Assembly (NCBI GenBank): GCA_040285855.1
Contig: JAUFOQ010000016.1
Span: 930,001 to 994,000, forward strand
Length of the DNA stretch: 64,000 nucleotides
Direction of reading: 5' to 3'
Origin: Eukaryota sp. GEM-RC1
Taxonomy: Eukaryota
Positions 53,636 to 64,000 of the stretch are shown one piece after another (positions within the stretch are counted from its first letter, which is position 1; each line of letters opens with the position of its first letter). The position numbers were made by a program, and so were the translations under genes. The notes below the pieces were generated by a model, which searched no databases, was not told where the DNA came from, and saw only the letters and a list, made by a program, of their open reading frames with translations.

Positions 53636-53770
53636 TGAAGTTAGCTCGTCTTAAAAGACTTTGCGAATGAGGACTTTGTCAACTGTGGTTTATCTCATGA
53701 AAATGTGAAGGGTTATGCCCTTATGCATTTGGAATGAAATTCACAGTAGGGTTGATAATTGAATCACTTG
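53636..53770 (+). ncRNA. Putative Fanzor omegaRNA scaffold plus 3' guide
   Basis: Immediately 3' of the stop: hairpin GTCT-TAAA-AGAC, then a long stem ACTGTGG.../...TCACAGT enclosing AATGT-G-AAGGGT-TAT-GCCCTT-AT-GCATT. Confidence 0.6.
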
Positions 53771-53809
53771 CAACTGTTAATTTATCAGTGAAGAGCGCAT
53801 CAACATGTT

Positions 53810-55416
53810 ATGTCTACTACCGTATCAGCTCCTTCCCAGCGTACCCGTCTTGCACTGAACCTATTTGATGCATACATCACCTCCTTCCAATCGAATATTC
53901 CTTCTGTCAAAACCATCCCTTTCTGGAAATCTGTTATTAGAACTGTTGACGGCCGTTTTATCTATAGATCTTCTCTTCCTCCCAATGGTCCTATTCCCTA
54001 CATTGAGTTGTCTCTACTGACTTCCCACCTCACCCCTCCCTTACTAAGATCTACTTCTTCTAATCCATCTGCTTCATTTTTTCTTGTTACCCACCCTTAT
54101 GGTATCTCAAACCCTTTACCTCTCTCTGATACTGATTCTTTGAAATGTGCTCTTGCTCAATTAGACAATTCCCTGCAATCCATCTATTTCAACTCAATTT
54201 CTCCCCTTGTTTACCAACCTTCTCCTCAGATTATCCCTTCTACTCCTTCTCCAAGCTATCTCTCCCCCGTACTTCCTCCAGATCATCCTTTCCCCCACAG
54301 ATACGGTCTCCTGCTCGTCCACAATCTGCTTCCAATGTCACTAAGCCAGTTCAGCGAACCCCCAGACCCCAAACAACTAGACCGCAAACTGCTAGACCCA
54401 TGACTAGGAGTGGACGGTCTTTGATCAGTATATTGGAACAAATATTTGAAATAGATTATTTTACTGATAATTTAAAAATTGAAGAGGTAGTCTTGTGCAG
54501 GGAGAGTTTTGAAGATTATGAACGAATTACGATTCCATTTCTTGCCTCTTCACATATGCATAAAAGGTCAAAAGGATGGATTAATGACCTTTCTATCCAT
54601 TTCAGTCAATCAACTTCAATCATATTACGTGACGGTCGAATGATTCGATTGATTGATGAGGATGATTGTTCAATCACACTTTCCGCTTTCAGACCAACTC
54701 GATTAGGAGATCACCTTGACGACGTGGAAGATGTGACTTTTCTTGAAAACGACGTGATTTATGACCTTCAGTTACTTCCACATTCTGACCAAGTTGAAAT
54801 CGTTACCTTTTCTAAACGTCTTGATCTACTGTCACTTAGAGATGTGTCATCGCCAGCAGATGCTCATCATTTGGGACTTTTGTTGGACACAAGTACACAT
54901 GCACTGCAGCATTATTTAAATATTTCAAATTCTGAAATTTCCACATTTATTTGCTATCCACCCAGATTTCATCATTTATGTAGTAGAAGTATCGTCAGAA
55001 CTAATTTCATGGATTATTTAGAAAATCTAGAAGAGCCTATTTGTGTTGATCAAATGCCATCATCTTTTGGTGCACTTTTGTTCAAGTCACACGTACTTTC
55101 TTGTCTTTCCACTTCCTTTTCTTACTTTGTTGCCCACACTTTCTTTTTCTATACCGGTCTATCTAGTTGTTGGGCAACTCTGTTAAAGGATGACCAAGAA
55201 GAAGAATGTTTCAGTTACTCTAATTCGTCATCAATCAATTCTGATAGCCAATCATTTAACACCCAATCTCTTCTTCTTGCAACTCCTTTGCTTTCTTCAC
55301 CTGCTCCACAGCCCAAACCAGTTGATTCATCCCCAAGAACTCATCAGATTGCTCCTTCTTTATCCAGGATCAACAGACTAAGTTCTAGAAGGAGACCACA
55401 GAGTGCTTTTCGATGA
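53810..55416 (+). CDS. Protein with a divergent DcpS (scavenger decapping, HIT-like) domain; frameshift near 54280
   Basis: ESFEDYERITIPF...WINDL, LLSLRDV and ICYPPRFHHLC resemble DcpS motifs, but the His triad is degenerate. Confidence 0.45.
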
Positions 55417-55562
55417 CAGTTGTTTTTTAAAAAAAATGGCTGTGAATTTTTGATTTTGTATATACAATGTAACCATTTTTTTTAAATATCGTATTTGGGT
55501 AAAAAAGAACAATAAAACAAAACTATTTTAAAATTCAATAATTTTAAAAACTAAGTTCTAAC

Positions 55563-56841
55563 TTACTTAATTCGTCTAATCATTCCAATAGCCACATTCA
55601 CACCCTCACTCCTTAGAACAAACCTTCCTAATTGCTTACACCTCTCAAAGGTATCAACTGCTATAGGTTGAGTCGTCTTCAATCGAACTGCAGCGTGCTG
55701 ACCCTGACGAACAAATCTAGGTCTTTTCTGAATAATTTCCTTGGTTTTGGGATTGATCTCTGCAAGAATTTGGTCTACCTCAACCTCACAAATCAATGAA
55801 TGTATGTGCAACACTGCTTGATATCCAGGTGCAATAATATTCTTAACATCCATGATAACTAAATGGGCATCAAACGAACACGTGGCTGGGCAAGGATCGT
55901 CAGCAGGACAAATGATTGATCCAGGGTGGAAATCATCATCTGAAATTCCCTTTAGAGCGATTCGAACATTATCACCACAGAAAGCTTGTTCCACACTCAC
56001 ATCTTCAATATAAATACCAGAAATCTCTGTTTGCAGATTCTCCGGCATCACCACCACCTTTGTCCCAACGTTTACCGTCCCCGTTTCCACTTTCCCTACT
56101 CCACAAGCAGCTCCACGGTCTCTAAGTTTAGCAGACAGTGGGACACGTAGAGCACCAGTGATATTACGGCGAGGAGGTTCTAGTTTATCCAGTACTTCAA
56201 AGAAACAAGGTCCTACATACCACCGGTCCTTGCATCGTTCACTAATGTTCTCCCCAGAGAATCCAGAAAGTGGAAGGAAAGTGACATCAGAGTTGGTGTT
56301 GAAGCCAGATTTACGTAGAAAGGGGAGTCATGCGTTTGACAATATCATCATATCGTTCCTTTGACCATTCTACTGTGGGTTCATCCATTTTATTGATGGC
56401 AACAATGAGATGCTTGATGCCGGCAGTCTTGAGAAGAACAGTATGCTCTCTAGTCTGTCCTCCCTTGTCAAAACCAGTTTCAAACTCACCTCTACGAGCA
56501 GAGATGACGAGAACGGCGACATCTGCTTGGGAGGCTCCACCAATCATGTGATGAACAAAGCCTTTGTGACCAGGAGCATCGAGAATAGTGAAACGCTTTT
56601 CACCTGTGGAGAAAGTAGCATGACCAACTTCAACAGTTTTTCCTTTTTCACGTTCGTCTTCATCAATATCAAGAGCATAAGCATGTGCCCAAGAAGCACG
56701 ACCTTTGGCTTCAGCTTCGCGAGCAGACTTTTCTAGAGTTCGTTCATCGATTTCATGGCAGATAAAGAGAATATGGCCACAGAGAGTTGATTTTCCACAA
56801 TCAACGTGACCAGCAAAGACAATAGAAAGATGTTTGGACAT
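55563..56841 (-). CDS. eRF3: Eukaryotic release factor 3 GTPase (frameshifts near 56100-56320)
   Basis: GHVDCGKST, EREKGKTVEVG, DAPGHK, MIGGASQAD, GEFETGFDKGGQTREH, NKMD and LGRFVLR. Confidence 0.9.
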
Positions 56842-56892
56842 TAAGTCAAGTAAGAAAGCTGAAATCCAAAACTTGTTACAGTTCAATTACCA

Positions 56893-58689
56893 ATGACTTC
56901 ACATCTTACTGAAACCCAACTTAGAATTGGGTCTGAATATCTCTCTATAATTCCTTTGGGAGCAGGTCAAGAAGTTGGACGCTCCTGTATTATTGTCAAA
57001 TTCCATGGTAAATCTATCATGTTAGACTGTGGTATTCATCCTGCTGAGACTGGTGAGGGTCAACTACCTTTTTTTGATGAAATAGATCCATCCACCATTG
57101 ATGTTGTACTAATCTCTCATTTCCATCTTGATCATATTGGAGCAGTCCCTTATTTCTGTACAAAGACTTCCTACACTGGCCCTGTCTACATGACTCATCC
57201 TACTCGTGCTGTGTTTCGAATGCTCATGTCAGACTTTCTAAGACAAGCCACTGAAGCTCCAATCTTTAACGAATCTAACCTCGAGGACTCCTTGAAAAGA
57301 ATTACTGCAGTACAATACCACCAAGTTTGTGAGTTCGCTGGGCTTCGTTTCTGGTGTTACAATGCTGGACATGTTCTAGGTGCATGTATGTGGATGATTG
57401 AGTTTGCCGGCACACGTGTTTTATACACTGGTGATTTCTCTCGACATGAAGACCGTCACTTATGTGCTGCTGAAACCCCAAACATTAGACCAGACGTTGT
57501 CATTTGTGAAAGTACCTATGGAATCTCCACTCACAGACCAAGAGAGGAGAGAGAACAACAACTTACTGACAACGTAGGAAGGACGATTAGAAGAGGAGGG
57601 AAGGTGTTGATGCCGGTGTTTGCTCTAGGTCGAGCTCAAGAACTTTTACTGGTTCTGGATGAGTATTGGGATTTAAACCCTGATTTACAACAGTTTAATT
57701 TGTTCTATGCTTCTTCGTTGGCTCAGAGGTGTATGCCTTTGTTTAGAAGTTCAATCAATTCAATGAATGAACAGATTCAAGAGCAGTTTAATATTCGAAA
57801 TCCCTTCATTTTTAAACATGTTAAACAATTAAAGGAGACAGTGGCTTTTGATCAAACCAGACCTTGTGTCGTCATGGCTTCTCCAGGTATGCTGCAGTCG
57901 GGTCTATCACGTGAGCTTTTTGACCTGTGGTGTACTGATGACAAGAATATGGTACTGTTGCCTGGGTATTCTGTTGCTGGTACTCTGGCTAAAACTCTAC
58001 AATCAGATCCACTGCAGGTTACGTTAAGTGATGGTCGTCGAGTTGGACGGAAAATTGAAATTGTATCAAATATTTCATTCTCTGCTCATTCTGATTCAGT
58101 TCAAACTAAAGAGTTCATCAGCGAGACCAATCCTCGTCATGTTGTTTTAGTTCACGGAGAATCTAACGAAATGATTAGATTTCAGAACGATTTAAAGAAA
58201 CAGTTTGGTAAACTTGGTATGGGAATTCACGCTCCTAAGAACATTTCTGGAGTTAAGCTGAGATTCAAACAGGATAGAGTGGCTTTAGTTAGAGGGAGTT
58301 TAGCTGAAACTGCAAGTAAAGGAGGTAGAATCGATGGGGTACTCGTACAGGACGGATTGGATTTGTCAATTGTTGCTCCCGAAGACATTGGAGCTGAAAC
58401 TGGGGTGGAGCCAGTCTCTGTGATATCTACGGTGAGGTTACCCAGACCTAATGGTGACGTTGGAGAGATTTTGGGAGCCTTGCCATTGGATGTGGAAAAG
58501 TTAGATGACGGAAAATGGAGGGTTGCGAATGTGGAAGTTGTTGACGAGGGCGATGATGGTGAGATTGTGCTGGATTGGGAAAGTAGTCTGGTCGATGATT
58601 TAGTCGTTGATGCGATCTCTATTGCTCTGTTGAAGGGGCAAGATATTGTTGATTATTCTAATGCTTTCTGTAAAGAGTGTTCAAAGTAG
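56893..58689 (+). CDS. CPSF3: CPSF73/Ysh1 pre-mRNA 3'-end endonuclease
   Basis: PLGAGQEVGRSC, SHFHLDH, AGHVLGA, PVFALGRAQELL, ASPGMLQSGLSRELF, FSAHSD and LVHGE. Confidence 0.95.
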   Translation: MTSHLTETQLRIGSEYLSIIPLGAGQEVGRSCIIVKFHGKSIMLDCGIHPAETGEGQLPFFDEIDPSTIDVVLISHFHLDHIGAVPYFCTKTSYTGPVYMTHPTRAVFRMLMSDFLRQATEAPIFNESNLEDSLKRITAVQYHQVCEFAGLRFWCYNAGHVLGACMWMIEFAGTRVLYTGDFSRHEDRHLCAAETPNIRPDVVICESTYGISTHRPREEREQQLTDNVGRTIRRGGKVLMPVFALGRAQELLLVLDEYWDLNPDLQQFNLFYASSLAQRCMPLFRSSINSMNEQIQEQFNIRNPFIFKHVKQLKETVAFDQTRPCVVMASPGMLQSGLSRELFDLWCTDDKNMVLLPGYSVAGTLAKTLQSDPLQVTLSDGRRVGRKIEIVSNISFSAHSDSVQTKEFISETNPRHVVLVHGESNEMIRFQNDLKKQFGKLGMGIHAPKNISGVKLRFKQDRVALVRGSLAETASKGGRIDGVLVQDGLDLSIVAPEDIGAETGVEPVSVISTVRLPRPNGDVGEILGALPLDVEKLDDGKWRVANVEVVDEGDDGEIVLDWESSLVDDLVVDAISIALLKGQDIVDYSNAFCKECSK

Positions 58690-59196
58690 AGTTTTTAGAC
58701 TGTTTTTGGTAGCAACTTTTTCTTCATTTGTCCAGCGTCTCGTTACAATCAGAAATTGAACTCAACGGTTTTCTTGTTTGCTATTCCATGTTGTTCTGGT
58801 ATTCACCAATTTTCTTTAAAATCTTCAAGATTTTGGAGATTTAACGTATGGGATTATCCTAACTGCTAGTAGTATTTGTTTTTGATACTTTATATGCCAA
58901 TTGTAGTTAGCCTTGAACTACTAATTTTGATGATTAATCATCATCAATAATTTGAATAAATGTTCAAATATTCAGAAAAGAAAGTATGTTCTGTGAGCTT
59001 GCAATCTGGAATGAAAGATTGTAAAGAACCAATACATGTACTACTCTAGTAGTAGATCGGACAGTTTATATTACATGTAAGACATACTAGTAAGTGCAAA
59101 ATGCATACTTATTATACAATGATTAAATATTTAATCACAATGGAACAAAAATGTCAAGCAAATTTAACAGAAGTTTGTCAAGAAAAAAAAGCCACA

Positions 59197-59823
59197 TCAC
59201 GTAACTACATCTTTACCACAGAAGTGTTCAAACATCATTATTGGAGCAAAGTACAAAGAAAGACCAAATGAAAGGACACAAATAATCCCCAACGTTATCA
59301 CTAGCTTGGAGGTTTCAATTAAATCGTTGATTTCTGATACTATAAAGGTAGCAAAAGTTATTCCAATTGGAATTAAAACGATCAACAATGGAGTCCAGAT
59401 CCAGAATAGAACTACTCTGGTTGCCCCTGAAGTTAGAGTGAGTAAAACATTAAAGACTTCTTGCAGGTCATCTTGAGTAGTGGTGATCTTGAAGTTGTCA
59501 ATACTGTGACAAATTCTGCCATTGTTAAACTGCTCAGTTGTATTGAGAAAAGTTACAGATTCAATGGACAAGTCATCTGGCAGGATCAAAGACAGTTGAT
59601 AAGAAACAGATTCCACCTTGTCACTTAAATGCAGAGAAGCAGGGCTGGACCATTTGAAAGCTGATAGATAGATAGATTCGCTGACGTTCCCAGGAAACAC
59701 AGAAAAGGATGTATGTAGAGCATCAGAGCTTAAACCAGTCAAGTAGACAAATCCAGTGATAATGGACGCCAGAGCCAAGGCAGAAAGAAGACATTGGCCA
59801 GATGATGATGGCATTGATAACAT
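59197..59823 (-). CDS. Small membrane protein of unknown function
   Basis: 208 aa with three hydrophobic segments. Confidence 0.55.
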   Translation of the reverse strand: MLSMPSSSGQCLLSALALASIITGFVYLTGLSSDALHTSFSVFPGNVSESIYLSAFKWSSPASLHLSDKVESVSYQLSLILPDDLSIESVTFLNTTEQFNNGRICHSIDNFKITTTQDDLQEVFNVLLTLTSGATRVVLFWIWTPLLIVLIPIGITFATFIVSEINDLIETSKLVITLGIICVLSFGLSLYFAPIMMFEHFCGKDVVT

Positions 59824-59981
59824 TGAATTTCATTTAATCTAGAGTCACTTTGGACAGATCATCAACTTACGACAATATCAGTTCCATCATCAAATGTATA
59901 GCAAACATCACAATCATTGGCAGATCCAATACAGAATCACAAACGAGAATTATGTTGGATTTATCTTATCAACCAGTACTA

Positions 59982-60038
59982 ATTTGTAACTACAACATTT
60001 GTAATGACAACATTTGTAACTACAACATTTGTAACTAT
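59982..60038. repeat. Short copy of the 15-bp ACAACATTTGTAACT minisatellite
   Basis: About four units identical or near-identical to those at 28066-28758. Confidence 0.85.
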
Positions 60039-60189
60039 ATTGTAGTGTTGCAATCAAAATGTATTGATGGCTTGAAAATACCAAAAGTAAGAATATTGGT
60101 AACATAATTGTTTACTTCAAAAACGTTAAACCTTAAGAAACAAACTCGAGTATTATCTACAAACTATCAATCGACAAAAAGTACACTCT

Positions 60190-61042
60190 TTAATATTTAA
60201 ATGTTTCAAGGATGAAAATGAATGTTTTGAACTTTGATTGCTTGAACTGATTGTCCTTTTTCAAAACTAAAACATTCTCTGCAGTAGAAAAATACTCTTT
60301 CCCACACACTTCAGGGGTATCTTCACCAAATATTATTGGACATTTTAATATTTGAATCAACGGAAGTACCCAAATACGATCCCAAAGGACCATAGATCCG
60401 TACATTCGCAAACTAGGACTAACATCAGAAGTGGCTAAGTTTAAAGGCAATAAACCAGGCTTTTTAAAGATTTCTCACGTAATTCCAATCTAGATCTACC
60501 AACAACAGAGGTCCAAGAAATGATTTCAGTGACAGTATCTCTGACACGCAGAATATTAAACTGCTCCAAACAAAGAAAACGCTCGATAGCATTGAGAACT
60601 ATCAGTGTTTTGTAGACTAAAGCTGAATTCCGACTCGGAGGAAGAGAAAGAATCAATAGAGAGTGGAAGTAAGAAACAACAATAGTAGCAAATGATGGTG
60701 AATCATCAAAAGAATTTGATAGAGGAACTACAATCAGAAAAGGATCCATTGAGGTAAGACAGAACGACGATGACAAGGTAAATCACAATCAAAATTGATT
60801 GGTTGTTGATTTTGGCAATTGATTACGGATAGGGAAAGCGCATCTTCAGAAGGTAAACAGACTATAACTCGATCAGAAACAGGCAAAGTCAGACTATAGC
60901 GATTGATATTAACAACGAGAGGAGATATCAGATTGTTGACAATGTTCAATAAGCTAAGTACCGTACAGCGAGTACCGAGACCCTGGAAAATATTTAAATT
61001 TGTTTGTAAATCATCCATTTGACGTCCTAGATCACCTTCCAA
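60190..61042 (-). CDS. Hypothetical protein (three abutting ORFs, probably frameshifted)
   Basis: ORFs 60734-61042, 60441-60776 and 60190-60450 overlap end to end. Confidence 0.35.
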
Positions 61043-61218
61043 AGTTAAAAAACTCCATTTGAGACAATTAAAAGCAGTATCAGTGTCTGGACTCCAAAAC
61101 GAGTGGAGATGACGATAAAAAATTAACCAAATTCAAGAAAAATATTGAATTATTCGAATATTCGTTCGAATAGGAATACACATTCTCATGAAATCTCTCC
61201 AATGATCCTGAATACAGT

Positions 61219-63695
61219 CTAAAAATCAGGTGGATAACAAGGAGGAAAAACAGCTGGCAACTTAAGATTCAAAAAGGGAGAAACAATATCATTAAAATAG
61301 TCCACGACATCAGGAAAAATCCGGCTGTGATCAAAGCGGAAGTTGTCTAAAACAGAAGGAAAGATACCGTCATCAAATGTCGTTACATTGAGCTCATCAG
61401 AGTCAATCACACAGTTGTTTTCTTCAGCTTCTGATAGTGCCTTGAAATCTGACTCCCATGATGGCGGAAGAGGCAAGTCGTTTCTGTCCTTGATTGGTAC
61501 TCGATTACGAACAAAAGGGGTGTACCAGACCAGGTTATGAACCAAAGCGATAGCACGGAAAATTAAAAGGACATAACGATAGAACGGAAAGAGTAGGATC
61601 ACGTCTAAAGGTGATTGCAGGTCGTGACGGTCGCGTAGAACCCAATAATTGAAGAAAAGAAGAGCAATAGTGTATATAACGTGACACATGGCCATTCCAG
61701 TGAAGAAGGCAATGGGGTTTCTAGAGATAATCCACCCAAGGAGTAAAACTCTAATCCAATCCATTAGAACTGTCCAGAGTTCAAACAAGAGAAAAGGTTT
61801 TAGAATCATTGTGTTACGTTTCCAATAGAAAAGGATCAATCCAATCAGTTTGATTGCAAATCGATGAGCTGTGATATCCCAACTTTTGATTCGTTGAACT
61901 AAGAGTGAATAACCGGTGGGACAATTACACTTAAAAAGCTTTGAACAAAGGAAATGGTCTGGAACAGTCGTTGGTACACAAACCCTACCCACAGTGGCGA
62001 TTCTAAAGTTTTGGTTTAATTCATGAAGTTTCAGTCCCAACTGGAGATCTTCTCCATGGAAGGTGCAATTATGTCTAGAAAGAACAGATAAAAAGGTGGC
62101 ACGTTCCCAAAGAGAAAGAGCTCCATGGGGACAAACGCAACTAGCAACTGATGATTGAAAGAGTTTGAATAATCCAGCCAGCTTATACTCTAAGTCCTGC
62201 ATATGAGTCAAAAGATTACGTTTTCCGGCAGAATCCGAAAGATTCTCAGCTCTAATCGTAAAGGCTAAACACTTAGTCAAACCATCATCAAATTCTTCAA
62301 AAGGAATAACCAAATCCTGGGGTAAAAGCACGTCATCATCAGTAGTTAACACGTATTTACTAGTAATGAAGTATTGACAGGTATACCAGGTACTCAAAGT
62401 CTTGTTCCCCACTGGAATCCAATGGTAGTTAATAGAAGGATTTAGTTTGAAAACTACTTGTTTTGTGTTATCTAAAGGTGACTTACTGTTACCATTGTCA
62501 CAAATGTGGATGTTCTGTGGGGGGAAGATTTTAAGGGCGGCTTTTAGAGTGGTTTCAATGATGTCAGCGGATTTGTGAGTAGTGATTAGAAGAGCGCAAT
62601 CAACGATTTGTTCTTGCCGTTTTATTCGGGAAAGTTTCCGTTGTTCAGCTGAATCAGCTGGTAACGAAGGCCATCGGACAAGGTAAAGAGCCAAAAGAGG
62701 AGTAGAAACTCAACAATCCACAGTAAAAAGTATGTCCACGATGTACTTTTGTTCCAAAACACCAATATATCAGAAATTGGCGGTGCATAGAAAACAAAAA
62801 ACAATACAATTACCACATAGAGAGTGTAGAAGCCAGATACAGACAGCCACTTTTCTATTCTAGCGGACCTTTCTTTTAAATGAATTAGATCAGTATTCAT
62901 AATAGAAACTAACGAATGAGTTGAACCTAGTACTAGAGAGAAGTCGTGCTTCTCATTCTCAATAAAAGAGATCAAATCACGTGAACTTCTGAGCTGTTTT
63001 GAGAAGGCTTGTCGTAGAAGTCTCCAGACTTCAAAGAACTTTGGATGGCCAGAAGGAAAACAAGCAGCCATAGAAGTCAATTGAAGTCTGTAGACTTTGA
63101 TAGCATCTGAGAACTTGGCATTGGCGGAGAGAAGCTTTGCGACTGTGGTACAGACAGCAAAGAAATGAGGATTTTGTTTAAGAATTCTACGTAACTTATC
63201 TGAATCAACATCATTAGAAAGAGGCGAGCAAATGAAATCATCAATTTTTGGGAATTCGTGTTGAATTTGTTTGACAATTGATTGATATTCTGACGAAGCA
63301 AAGGAGTATACATGTGTTGAAGTAGGTGGAAGTGGAACTTTTTGGGTTTCCACTTCTTCTGAGCGTATTTTGACGATATTGTCAAAGAGATTTTCAGCTA
63401 GTTTGTCATGTAGGGAGAGTATTGGTGGTCGTCTTCTAAGAGCTTCTTCTAGAGCGGCAGCTGCATCAAAATATTTAAAATTTTTAAGGCAACCGTCAGA
63501 GATGAGTCGCTGATTTTTGACAAAGAAATGCCAATCAGAGAGAAAGTTGGGATCAACTGGCTCACTAAACTGCGAATGTAAAATCATCGAATTATCCATT
63601 ACAGTTTTGACCTCAAAAGTGGCACCTTCCTTCATGAAGAGCTCAGAATACTCGCGATTGATCCCCAATATTCTATTAATAGAAGCTGGAGTCAC
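61219..63695 (-). CDS. GT2 processive glycosyltransferase (chitin/hyaluronan-synthase-like) with an N-terminal helical domain; frameshift near 62690; start lies further upstream
   Basis: ICDNG, TDDD, QDLEY, GED and QRIKSW (QxxRW-like), plus flanking TM helices. Confidence 0.8.
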
Positions 63696-64000
63696 AGTAC
63701 TAGAAACTTCCTCGTTATACCTTAACTGATAGAGATAACGAATATGAGATGTATTATCCTCCCGAACTGAATTAATAGCTTGTTTAACTGACTGGAAAAA
63801 AGAAGACTCTGGGGGAATACCTTCATCTTCTAACCGTGAGGCATGAGAAGAGAGAAAGGAAAAGAAGTTCGTAGGGATTTTCAGAGCTCTTTGAAATTGT
63901 GAATAAAAGTCTCCATGATTCTGTTAGCACTGAATTGTCAGTTAATCCAGCACTCACCATTAAATCAATGGACTCTATTAAAATTCCTTTTGCGTGGGAA

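Overview
AT-rich, gene-dense eukaryotic (protist) nuclear DNA using the standard code. It is probably an anaerobic metamonad-like flagellate; this is inferred from the very short intergenic gaps, one 33-nt spliceosomal intron in beta-tubulin and a bacterial-type 4Fe-4S membrane protein. Housekeeping blocks (about 2-27 kb and 54-64 kb) encode a HECT E3 ligase, exportin-T, alpha- and beta-tubulin, an M28 peptidase, an importin-alpha-like protein, ERCC1, a RIIa-domain protein, a DcpS-like protein, eRF3, CPSF3 and a GT2 synthase, with MITEs and transposon relics between them. Many genes, including essential ones, are split by 1-nt indels at homopolymer runs, most likely long-read assembly errors. 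The 28-54 kb interval is accessory or mobile DNA. It holds a 15-bp minisatellite with a PIF1 helicase, followed by an approximately 18-kb block (about 35.9-53.75 kb). That block encodes a USP deubiquitinase, a very large DEAH-helicase polyprotein, two Ulp1-type proteases, a degenerate PolB exonuclease domain and a Fanzor (TnpB-like RNA-guided nuclease) with an intact RuvC triad and a structured putative omegaRNA. Both large ORFs begin with tandem copies of a shared, covarying stem-loop followed by a 2A (StopGo) peptide. Just upstream lies a patchwork of short, scrambled fragments copied from across this block.
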